DNA from: Gemmatimonadota bacterium
GTDB lineage: Bacteria > Gemmatimonadota > Gemmatimonadetes > Gemmatimonadales > GWC2-71-9
Assembly: GCA_031394255.1 (NCBI GenBank)
Contig: JANMXA010000042.1
Span: forward strand, 89,505-153,504
DNA length: 64,000 nt
Reading direction: 5' to 3'
Position numbers and translations under genes: made by a program. Below, one piece after another: positions 1 through 8,551 of this stretch; the first letter of the stretch is position 1, and each line of letters starts with the position of its first letter. The notes beneath the pieces were generated by a model. It was not told where the DNA came from. It did no database searches and saw only the letters and a list, made by a program, of their open reading frames with translations.

Positions 1-1688
1 TCCTCGTCCTTGCCTTCGGGGCGCTTGTCGCCGCCATTCTCCCCCTCGCCATCGGCATGCTCGCCATTGCCGTGTCCCTCACCATCATCGGGATGCTGGC
101 CTCGATCACCCCGATGTCCGTGTTCGTTCTTAACCTGACAACCATGATCGGCCTGGGCGTGGGGATCGACTACTCGCTCCTGATGGTCACGCGGTTCCGG
201 GAGGAATTGGCGCGCGGACACCGTCGTCGAGAGGCGGCCGAGCGTACGCTGATGACGGCCGGGGTCGCGGTCGTCAATTCAGGCCTCACGGTCGTGGTCG
301 GGTTCGGGGCGCTCTTGATCACCCCAATGGTCGAGACTCGCAGCGTGGGAATCGGCGGCCTCATCGTCGTCGCGGTGGCGGTCCTTCTGTGCACTACCCT
401 GCTCCCCGCCTTGCTGGCGACCATGGGGAGAGCGATCGACCACCCGAAGTGGCTGGCCCGGCGGTTGACCTGGTACCACTCGCCGCAGGTGTGGGAGAAA
501 TGGGCCCGGTCCCTCGCACGCCACCCGGTGCGTGCCCTCATCGTTGGAGGCACGATTGTCGGCATCCTGACGCTTCCCGCCTTCTGGATCCGAATCGGCT
601 TGCCCGCGCGCAACTGGTGGCCGAGCCAGACGGAAGCCGGCGCCGGTGTCGAGACACTCTCCCGCATGGGCGTTTCCGGATACATCACACCGATCCGCAT
701 CCTCGTTGAAGTTCCCGACGGGAGGCAGGCGACTGACGCATTCACCCTGCGGGCGTTACGGGCGCTGTCAGATTCGATGCGATCTGATCCCCGGGTCCTC
801 GACGTTCGAAGTCTGGTCGACCTCAAACCGGGCATGTCGATTCTTGCCTACTCCCTGCTCTACGCCGACATCGATTCTGCCCGTTCAGGCCGGGCTGATT
901 TCATCGATGCCTACCTCAGCCGTGACGGCCGTGCGGCGCTGGTGGACGTCATCCTTCGGGATACGACGTCCCTGACCTCGGCAATGCAAGTCGTCGAACG
1001 AGCCCGGTCGGTTGGCCGATCACATCAGATCAAACAGCTCCGGAACGATCGCGTACTCGTCGGGGGATACGTTGCCGGCAGCGTCGACCTTCAGGCCGAG
1101 ATGCTGCACACCTTTCCCCGTCTCATCGCCTTGGTTCTATCGGCAACATCCATCATGCTCGCGATCGCGTTCCGATCGATCCTGGTCCCGCTGAAGGCCG
1201 TCCTCATGAACTCGCTATCGGTAAGCGCGACGTTCGGGCTTATCGTCTTGGTCTTTCAGCACGGGTACGGCGCCTCCTTGTTCCGGCTGGACGGTCCCAC
1301 CGAAGCCATCTTCGTTCTCATTCCCGTGCTGGTCTTTGCCGTGGTGTTCGGCCTCAGCATGGACTACGAGGTCTTTCTGTTGAGCAGGATCAAGGAAGCC
1401 TTCGACCGGACTGGCAAGAATACGGAAGCCACTATGGAGGGGCTGAGCGCCACCGCCTCCGTCATCAGTTCCGCCGCACTGGTCATGATCTGTGTCTTCG
1501 GCGCCTTCGCCTTCGCCAGAGTCCTGGTCATGCAGTTTCTTGGCTTCGGTCTGGCGGTCGCTGTGTTGCTGGACGCGACCCTGATTCGGATGGTATTGGT
1601 GCCTGCGTTCATGCACCTGATGGGCAAATGGAACTGGTGGCCCGGGGGCCGCCGCACCGCCCCGGAGCGCGGCGAACCGCGACACTAG
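1..1688 (+). CDS. MMPL/RND-superfamily membrane transporter, C-terminal part (5' end outside window)
   Basis: The frame is open from the window edge (track ORF 57..1688). Two blocks of hydrophobic helices flank a soluble loop. GVGIDYSLLMVTRFREE and GLSMDYEVFLLSRIKE motifs are typical of MMPL domains. Confidence 0.8.
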   Translation, partial: LVLAFGALVAAILPLAIGMLAIAVSLTIIGMLASITPMSVFVLNLTTMIGLGVGIDYSLLMVTRFREELARGHRRREAAERTLMTAGVAVVNSGLTVVVGFGALLITPMVETRSVGIGGLIVVAVAVLLCTTLLPALLATMGRAIDHPKWLARRLTWYHSPQVWEKWARSLARHPVRALIVGGTIVGILTLPAFWIRIGLPARNWWPSQTEAGAGVETLSRMGVSGYITPIRILVEVPDGRQATDAFTLRALRALSDSMRSDPRVLDVRSLVDLKPGMSILAYSLLYADIDSARSGRADFIDAYLSRDGRAALVDVILRDTTSLTSAMQVVERARSVGRSHQIKQLRNDRVLVGGYVAGSVDLQAEMLHTFPRLIALVLSATSIMLAIAFRSILVPLKAVLMNSLSVSATFGLIVLVFQHGYGASLFRLDGPTEAIFVLIPVLVFAVVFGLSMDYEVFLLSRIKEAFDRTGKNTEATMEGLSATASVISSAALVMICVFGAFAFARVLVMQFLGFGLAVAVLLDATLIRMVLVPAFMHLMGKWNWWPGGRRTAPERGEPRH

Positions 1689-4492
1689 TGCTTTGCGTCA
1701 AGCCAATTGTCGCCCACGCCGACTTCCACGACGAGCGGCACCTTCAGTTCGGCAACGCCTTCCATGTGCGCTCGAACCAGTCCCGCCGCCCGTTCGACTT
1801 CGGCCGCCGGCGCTTCGATCACGAGCTCGTCATGGACCTGCAGGAGCAGCCTGGCCGCCATTCGCTCCGACCGAAGCGCCCGATGTAATCGCACCATGGC
1901 GATCTTGATGAGATCGGCCGCCGACCCCTGAAGGGGCGAGTTCTGGCTCAGCCGTTCGCCAAACGCGCGAGTGTTGAAGTTCTTGTCCTTGATCTCGGGG
2001 ATGTACCGTCGTCGCTTGAACAGGGTCTCTACATACCCCTGGCTGCGGGCAATCTCCACCTGCCGATCGAGATAGCTGCGCACCCCGGCAAATCGCTTGA
2101 AGTACTCGGCGATAAACGCCTTGGCCTCATTCAACTCGATTCCGAGCTGCCGGCTCAGCGCAAACGGCCCCTGCCCGTAGATCGTGCCGAAATTGATCGT
2201 CTTTGCCCGCGACCGCATCTCGGGGGTGACAGCCAAGGGGTCGACACCAAAGATGATCGCGGCGGTCTGCCGATGAATGTCCTCACCGTTGCGGAACGCC
2301 GCAAGAAATGCGGGGTCATCTGACAGGTGAGCCATGAGGCGCAATTCGATCTGGGAGTAATCCGCCACGACAAACTTCCAGCCGGCCTCCGGTACGAAGC
2401 CGCGGCGTATGGCTTCCCCCCGCGGAGTCCGGATCGGGATGTTCTGCAAATTCGGCTCGCTGGACGAAAGCCGCCCGGTGGCAGCACCCGTCTGGTTGAA
2501 GCTCGTGTGAATTCGACCGGTCCGACGGTTTACCCGGCCCGGCAGGACATCGACATAGGTCGACTTCAACTTCTGCAACTCTCGGTATTCGAGCATCAGG
2601 CGCGGCACCTCATGCCCCTGCTCGGCCAATTCCGCCAGAACATCGGCATCGGTGGAGGGGCCCGTCTTTGTCTTCCTCAGAACCGGCAGTTGGAGGCGCT
2701 CAAACAACACGGCCGCCAGTTGCTTCGGGCTGTTCAGATTGACCGAGCCACCGGCCGCGGTCGCAATGTCGGCTTCGAGCCGGACCAGGTCAGAGGTAAG
2801 TTCGCGCGACAGTCGCTCGAACACCTTGACGTCGATGGCAATCCCCTGCCATTCCATCTCGACAAGAACCTCAACCAGAGGCATTTCGACATCATCGAGC
2901 AACGGGCTGAGAGCGATATCTGCCAGGCGCGGGCCAAAGTACCCGTGCAGCGCCACAATGGCCGCCACAGCTGCACCGAATCGCTGGGCGATCGTCGCGA
3001 CGTCCGCCTCGGCGGCAGGGGACGCTTTGCGAGCACCCCCGCGGGGCTCGATGGGGTGAGGCAGCGAGACACCTAAGTAGTCGAGACTGAGGGTATCGAG
3101 CCCATGAGAGCGCCGGCCAGGATCGAGAACGAAGCTGGCCAGCATCGAATCAAATCGGACGCCCCCGAGCTCAACGCCGGCCCGCCGGAGAACCTGCCAG
3201 GTGAACTTGATGTCATGCCCACCCTTCGCAATCGATGGATCGGCCAGCAACCGAGCCATGTCGCCACACGCCGGGTCACCGAGCGGCGGGAGATTCCTGA
3301 CCGGCGCGGGGGCTGCCAGCTCGCCGTCCGCGGGGCGATGGGCGAATGGGAGATACCAAGCCTCGGTCGGTGACATCGCCAATGCGAGCCCGATGAGGTC
3401 GGCATCGCGCGGCTCCCCGGAACTGACCACCGGATCAAGCGCGATCAACGTGGCCTCTCGGAGGCGACCCACGAGTGCAGCCAAGCCAGCCGCGTCGTCC
3501 ACGATCGTCACGGTGTCCGCGATCCTGCTTCGCGGGACGTCCGCTCCGACCGATGGTGGCCCATCGGCGCTGTCGTCGCCCGGCACCGCGTCGATCGGGG
3601 GCAGACGATTCACCAGTGAATGGAATTCCAGGCGGGCCAACACCCGGCGAAGGGCCGCCCCGTCGGGTTCGCGAACCGCGGCCTCGTTCAGATTCAAGAT
3701 GACGGGCACATCCGTGCGAATCGTCACGAGCTGCCGGGAAAGCCGGGCCGTCTCCGGCTCGGCGATCAGAGCCTCACGGGCCCGCTTCGACTTGACGGAT
3801 GCGGCATTCGCCAGCACGTCCTCAAGGTCCCGGTACTCGCGGAGCAACTGGATGGCGGTCTTCTCACCGACACCCTTCACCCCGGGAACGTTGTCGGAGG
3901 CATCCCCCACCAACGCGAGGTAATCAACCACCTGGCCCGGGGGCACGCCCAGCCGATCAGTCGCGTTGGCTTCATCCACCCACGATTCCTCAACGCCGGC
4001 CGGGCCACCCCGCCCCGGATTCAGGAGTGACACCCGCGGGCCGATCAACTGGTAAAAATCCTTGTCCCCGGACACGATCACGGAGCCCATGCCCTCGGTC
4101 TTCGCCTGGTCGGCCAACGTCCCGATGACATCGTCAGCCTCGTATCCATCGAGCGTCACGATGGGAATCCGGAACGCCGCCAGGATTTCGCGGACATGCT
4201 CCAGGGCGAGGTCGAAATCCTGCTGCAATTCGGCAGTGAGTTTCTCTCGGGTCGACTTGTACGCGGGGTAGATCAGGGTGCGGAACGAACTGCCTTTATC
4301 AAGGACCCACACCACATGGGACGGATGGTATTTGGCCTGCAGGCGGAGGAGAAAATTCACCACCCCCCACGCGGCGGAAGTATTCTCGCCCCGTGATGTG
4401 CGGAGAGGCCGGCTGATCATCGCGAAGAACGCGCGATAGATCAGCGCGTGTCCATCGATCAGGAAGAGGCGGGATTTGTCGGCTTGGGGCAT
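1685..4492 (-). CDS. polA: DNA polymerase I
   Basis: 5'-nuclease N-terminus (LFLIDGHALIYRAFF) and family-A polymerase motifs (DYSQIELR, RSRAKTINFGTIYG, QVHDELV). Start placed at ATG 4492 (MPQADKSRLF); the 39 upstream codons of the track ORF are Gly/Pro-rich filler. Confidence 0.95.
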   Translation of the reverse strand: MPQADKSRLFLIDGHALIYRAFFAMISRPLRTSRGENTSAAWGVVNFLLRLQAKYHPSHVVWVLDKGSSFRTLIYPAYKSTREKLTAELQQDFDLALEHVREILAAFRIPIVTLDGYEADDVIGTLADQAKTEGMGSVIVSGDKDFYQLIGPRVSLLNPGRGGPAGVEESWVDEANATDRLGVPPGQVVDYLALVGDASDNVPGVKGVGEKTAIQLLREYRDLEDVLANAASVKSKRAREALIAEPETARLSRQLVTIRTDVPVILNLNEAAVREPDGAALRRVLARLEFHSLVNRLPPIDAVPGDDSADGPPSVGADVPRSRIADTVTIVDDAAGLAALVGRLREATLIALDPVVSSGEPRDADLIGLALAMSPTEAWYLPFAHRPADGELAAPAPVRNLPPLGDPACGDMARLLADPSIAKGGHDIKFTWQVLRRAGVELGGVRFDSMLASFVLDPGRRSHGLDTLSLDYLGVSLPHPIEPRGGARKASPAAEADVATIAQRFGAAVAAIVALHGYFGPRLADIALSPLLDDVEMPLVEVLVEMEWQGIAIDVKVFERLSRELTSDLVRLEADIATAAGGSVNLNSPKQLAAVLFERLQLPVLRKTKTGPSTDADVLAELAEQGHEVPRLMLEYRELQKLKSTYVDVLPGRVNRRTGRIHTSFNQTGAATGRLSSSEPNLQNIPIRTPRGEAIRRGFVPEAGWKFVVADYSQIELRLMAHLSDDPAFLAAFRNGEDIHRQTAAIIFGVDPLAVTPEMRSRAKTINFGTIYGQGPFALSRQLGIELNEAKAFIAEYFKRFAGVRSYLDRQVEIARSQGYVETLFKRRRYIPEIKDKNFNTRAFGERLSQNSPLQGSAADLIKIAMVRLHRALRSERMAARLLLQVHDELVIEAPAAEVERAAGLVRAHMEGVAELKVPLVVEVGVGDNWLDAKH

Positions 4493-4562
4493 GGCGGAAA
4501 GGTAAGTCACCCCCACACCGGGCGGCGGGCCCACCCCTGCTCCGCCGTCCCCCTCTACCCGG

Positions 4563-5930
4563 CTACCGGCGGCGCGGATCCCGGCTGGCCAAGGCCCGGG
4601 CCCGGGCAAACTCGGATCGGGAACTGGGCGTCAGACGCATGCGGGAGAAACCCATCGTTCCTTCAAAGTCGAGAAGGACCCGGTATTCGTTGTATACCCA
4701 GCGCACCAGGCGCCGGTCGGTCGCGGGCGGCGTTTCAAACGCCTGATCCGGTTCACCGAGTGTGATGAACACCTCTCCCCGCTCGGTACGCCACCCCTCG
4801 CCACCCTCATCTCGAAAACGTTCGTTGGCGATCGCCAACCGGGTGAAGTAGCGGTCCAACGCCTCGTTCTCGGCTGTCTCGGGGATTGGGTCGGTCGCAA
4901 CCCAGAATTGGCGCCACAAGCGAGCCCGGTCGGCCGGCTTGGCACCCCGGAGGGAATTGAGCAGTCCCTGTTCGGTCGGGAAGAAGCGGAGCAGGCTCAG
5001 CAGATTCTCGTAGTTGGTCACCACCCAGCCCCTGGCAAACGACACGAGGGTTTTGAGCTTGTGAGCCGACGGTCCCTCGCCGACCACGATCGACAATTCC
5101 CCGAGGGGTGGCGAGTCGGAACCGAGCCGAACAATACGACCCTCAACGGCCTTCCCGCCGGTGAACTCAATTTCCGTTCGTTGCACGACGCTGTCGCGAT
5201 CATCGCGAACTACAACGGGGACTTTCGTCGGTCCCGCGAAACGGTAGCCTTCGACATAGAGGTACAGCGAATCGCGACCGCCGTGCGATACGGTTCCGCG
5301 AGGATTGAGCACGACGTGGAACGAATCGGCGACCGACGTTCGGCTTCGCACTTCATACACCATGGTCGGCTGGGATATCGACCCCGCTCCGAAGGTCGGA
5401 ACCTCCAGGGCCCGCTCGACTCGGCTCGCCGCCGAAGAACCAGGATCCCGAACCACGAGCGTCAGGACGTAGGACCCGGGAGCCACCAGAAACCCTTGCT
5501 GGAAGAAAATACTCTCCTCGTTTCGCTGGGTTTCCTGGAACGAACCAACCCGAACCACTTCGGTCTTGCTCACGACAATCGGTGGCGCCCCGGTCCGGCT
5601 GAGCGACATGTCCACCCTGTAGCGGGCCGCGAAGGTTCCTTGGTCTCGCTGGAACGACAAGGACCGGTTTTCAAACGACAGGCCGACCTCGAGAAGCGTG
5701 GAGTCTCCCCGGCCGGCGAGCACCGCCACATTACCGACGAAGGGGATGGGGCCTGTACCGGCTAGCCGACCAAGGCGCTGATAAACGGAGGAGAGGCTAA
5801 ACAGTTCCGACAGGGTCTGATCAGTGACGGTTCCCGGGCTCCCAGCGGGTGTCTGTCGGCTGGACGCGCAGGCACACAGCAGGGCCAGCGGGACCGACCT
5901 GGCCAACCTTCGTCCGAGTGAGGATTCCAT
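4563..5930 (-). CDS. GWxTD domain-containing lipoprotein
   Basis: GWRTERGEVFITLGEPD motif near the C-terminus. N-terminal signal with a Cys-containing lipobox-like LALLCACASS. Confidence 0.75.
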   Translation of the reverse strand: MESSLGRRLARSVPLALLCACASSRQTPAGSPGTVTDQTLSELFSLSSVYQRLGRLAGTGPIPFVGNVAVLAGRGDSTLLEVGLSFENRSLSFQRDQGTFAARYRVDMSLSRTGAPPIVVSKTEVVRVGSFQETQRNEESIFFQQGFLVAPGSYVLTLVVRDPGSSAASRVERALEVPTFGAGSISQPTMVYEVRSRTSVADSFHVVLNPRGTVSHGGRDSLYLYVEGYRFAGPTKVPVVVRDDRDSVVQRTEIEFTGGKAVEGRIVRLGSDSPPLGELSIVVGEGPSAHKLKTLVSFARGWVVTNYENLLSLLRFFPTEQGLLNSLRGAKPADRARLWRQFWVATDPIPETAENEALDRYFTRLAIANERFRDEGGEGWRTERGEVFITLGEPDQAFETPPATDRRLVRWVYNEYRVLLDFEGTMGFSRMRLTPSSRSEFARARALASRDPRRR

Positions 5931-6010
5931 GACTGCCCCTTACGCCAAACCGGAAATGGGAAACCGTCTTGCCTAGGCCCGCGGGCGTCGTGTAGCTTCA
6001 ACTGGATCCC

Positions 6011-6919
6011 ATGAGCCAAGATAATCTCGTCGGCCGCACTGTGGCCGGATACACTCTGCTCGCTCACGTAGGCGAAGGCGGCACCGCCACCGTCTACCGG
6101 GCCCAGCACCCGACCCGCGGACTGGCCGCCGTCAAGATCCTGCGGGCCCGAATGGGTCAGGATCCCGTGGCGGTCAAGCGGTTTCTCCGCGAAGCCGAGT
6201 TCGGCGCCCGGCTCGACCATCCCTACATCGTCCGCACCTACGAGTTCGGCGAGGCCGAAGGGATGTACTATCTCGCCCTCGAATGGGCCAAGGGCGAGCC
6301 CTTGGCTTCCTTCCTGACAGCCTCCGGACCGCTTGCCCCTGACTTGGTCGCCAAGATCATCGGCCAGTTGGGCGCTGCACTGGGCTTCGTCCACAGGGCC
6401 GGGATCATCCACCGTGACCTCAAGCCTGCCAATATCATGTACGACCCGGAGGGACAGGAGGCGCGGCTCCTCGATTTCGGCATCGCTCGCGATGCGGAGG
6501 ACGACCCGGCCCAACGACTGACCAGGGCGGGTTTCTTCGTCGGTACGTTGCAGTACGTCGCTCCCGAGGCGCTCAGCGGCGAGCTCGTCAACGAACAGGC
6601 CGACGTCTACAGCCTCGCGACCATCGCCTACCATCTGCTGACCGGCCAACTCCCGTACCCCGGCAAGAATCCGCGTGAGTTGTTTCAACAACTCCTCTCG
6701 AAGCCCCCCATTCCCCTCAACCAAGCCATGAAGGGGATGAAGTTCACCCCCGAGATCGAGGCGGCGGTGATGCGCGGGCTGGAGCGAGACCTGGTCAAGC
6801 GTTGGAAAACCGTGGCCGAGTTTGCGGCGTCCTTCTGCCAGGCAGGCGCCGACACCGCCGACAAGACCAAGAGTGCCGGCGGTTTTCTTTCTTCGCTGTT
6901 CCGTCGACGCAAAGAGTGA
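6011..6919 (+). CDS. Hanks-type serine/threonine protein kinase, small soluble form
   Basis: GEGGTATVYRA glycine loop, AVK, HRDLKPANIM, DFGIARD and APE motifs. No TM segment or sensor domain. Confidence 0.9.
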   Translation: MSQDNLVGRTVAGYTLLAHVGEGGTATVYRAQHPTRGLAAVKILRARMGQDPVAVKRFLREAEFGARLDHPYIVRTYEFGEAEGMYYLALEWAKGEPLASFLTASGPLAPDLVAKIIGQLGAALGFVHRAGIIHRDLKPANIMYDPEGQEARLLDFGIARDAEDDPAQRLTRAGFFVGTLQYVAPEALSGELVNEQADVYSLATIAYHLLTGQLPYPGKNPRELFQQLLSKPPIPLNQAMKGMKFTPEIEAAVMRGLERDLVKRWKTVAEFAASFCQAGADTADKTKSAGGFLSSLFRRRKE

Positions 6920-7470
6920 CCGATCATCAGCGTCTGAAGGATCTTATCAAGGAGAGGTCCATCACGTTTGGGGACTTCGTCTTGTCTTCAGGCCTGCGCT
7001 CCGACTATTACATCGACGCCCGGCGAACCACGATGTCGGCGGAGGGACTCGCCTTGATTGGCCGCGTTGGTCTCGGTTTGATTCGGGAGGCCGGATGGAT
7101 AGCGGACGCAATCGGGGGCCTGACCATGGGTGCCGATCCGGTCTCCTATGCGATTGCCAGGGAAACATGGGGACACCCGCCGGTGCTTGACGCCTTCAGT
7201 GTCCGCAAGGCGGCCAAGGAACACGGAACCAAACGGCAAATCGAAGGCAATTTCGTAGCCGGCCGCCGCGTCATCATCGCCGAGGACGTCATTACCTCGG
7301 GAGGCTCGGCCCTCCAGGCAATTGCGGCGGTTCGCGAGGCGGGCGGTTTCGTCATTGGCGTCCTTGCGGTTGTCGACCGCGAGCAGGGGGGGCGGGCCCA
7401 GATCGCTGGAGTTGGAGTTGACGTCGTCTCACTCACAACTACCTCCGATCTTGGCGTAGAAGTCACCTAG
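6916..7470 (+). CDS. pyrE: orotate phosphoribosyltransferase
   Basis: FGDFVLSSGLRSDYYIDARR and VIIAEDVITSGGS (PRPP-binding) motifs. Start moved to GTG 6916, which overlaps the kinase stop as GTGA; the upstream part of the track ORF is out-of-frame overlap with the kinase. Confidence 0.9.
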   Translation: MTDHQRLKDLIKERSITFGDFVLSSGLRSDYYIDARRTTMSAEGLALIGRVGLGLIREAGWIADAIGGLTMGADPVSYAIARETWGHPPVLDAFSVRKAAKEHGTKRQIEGNFVAGRRVIIAEDVITSGGSALQAIAAVREAGGFVIGVLAVVDREQGGRAQIAGVGVDVVSLTTTSDLGVEVT

Positions 7471-7472
7471 CC

Positions 7473-8363
7473 TCATCCTTTCGGGCGCCTTCCCGGGCGA
7501 CCGTGCTCCAACGGACGGAAACGACTCCACTCCGATCGATACGGCTCAACCAACAAGGCAACAAAGCGATCGATTGCCGTGTCGAACGTGAACCGCCGTC
7601 GGAACTCTCCCGGTGTGATCCCCATCATCGAACGGAGATGGCGCCCGAAACTCTGCGGGGATGAACACTCAAGCCGATAGGCCACGTCGCTGATCGACAG
7701 TCCGTCGTAATCGAAGTATTGCGCGGCGTACACCAGGCGAAGGGCCGCCAGATAGGCCTTGGGCGACGGCAGTCCCGCCCTGGCGAACCGCGACGTCAGG
7801 GTGCTTGGCCTGATGCGGCTCTGCTGGGCCAGCGACTGGGCCACCGGGGTCGAAGGCGCGATCCGGATCATCAGTTCGAGAAACATCCGGGTATCGGCAG
7901 CAATCTCGGGCAAGGCGTCGTGCACCTTTGCCAGGATCCGGGCGGCCGGCTTCGACGCCGGCTCGGCGAGCATCTGCCGAAGCCGGCGCCACCCGGCTGG
8001 GCCGGTGACATCGACAACGTGGCGGACCCCCGTGGCCCCAAGGCGCAGGAGGGCGTCGGGGGTTCCTTCGTCGTTGCGGGTCAGCAGCGCCACGGTGGGT
8101 ACGTCGGGGAACCGACGTACCAGGTCGTCGATCTGGTGGGCTCCTGGCCCACGGCAATGGTGGACAGAGAACACGATCGCATCGACGGGTCGTTCCCTGA
8201 CCGCCTTGACCGCTTCAGGCAGCGAGGATCGATGAACGACGGTGAAACACCCGACGCCGGCGGCCTCCAGGTCGGCCCTGTCACCGGGGGCCAGGACCGC
8301 GGCAACCGTCAATGTCGAACTCGAAACAGGGGACACACGATCTCCATGAATTGGTCCGGACAA
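7473..8363 (-). CDS. AraC-family transcriptional regulator with N-terminal receiver-like (pseudo-receiver) domain
   Basis: C-terminal HTH (LSISDVAYRLECSSPQSFGRHLRSMMGITPGEFRR). The N-terminal ~120 aa have a CheY-like beta/alpha pattern, but Ser replaces the phospho-acceptor Asp (VDAIVFSVHH). Confidence 0.75.
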   Translation of the reverse strand: MSGPIHGDRVSPVSSSTLTVAAVLAPGDRADLEAAGVGCFTVVHRSSLPEAVKAVRERPVDAIVFSVHHCRGPGAHQIDDLVRRFPDVPTVALLTRNDEGTPDALLRLGATGVRHVVDVTGPAGWRRLRQMLAEPASKPAARILAKVHDALPEIAADTRMFLELMIRIAPSTPVAQSLAQQSRIRPSTLTSRFARAGLPSPKAYLAALRLVYAAQYFDYDGLSISDVAYRLECSSPQSFGRHLRSMMGITPGEFRRRFTFDTAIDRFVALLVEPYRSEWSRFRPLEHGRPGRRPKG

Positions 8364-8551
8364 TCTGGCACGTCAGCATCAACGGCCCATCAACTGCAAG
8401 CGTGACCTTATTAGCGCCGCGAGGACCTTTCCGCGACCGCAGCCCCGATCGGCTCATCTCATTCCCAGAGACCCCACGACCGCGAGTCGAGCATGAGCCG
8501 CCCGCCCCAGCATGGTATCTTGGGCTCCAGCCCCAGCAGGGTCATTCGCCT

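Noticed and set aside
4493-4609. N-terminal extensions suggested by the track for polA (to 4609), the Tat oxidoreductase (to 51557), the TIM-barrel protein (to 54603), hrpB (from 38067), DJ-1 (from 41998), DinB (from 43949) and the DCC protein (to 43313).
   Set aside because: The extensions are low-complexity and overlap neighbouring genes. They precede internal start codons that yield canonical N-termini, signal peptides, Tat motifs or 4-nt coupled overlaps.
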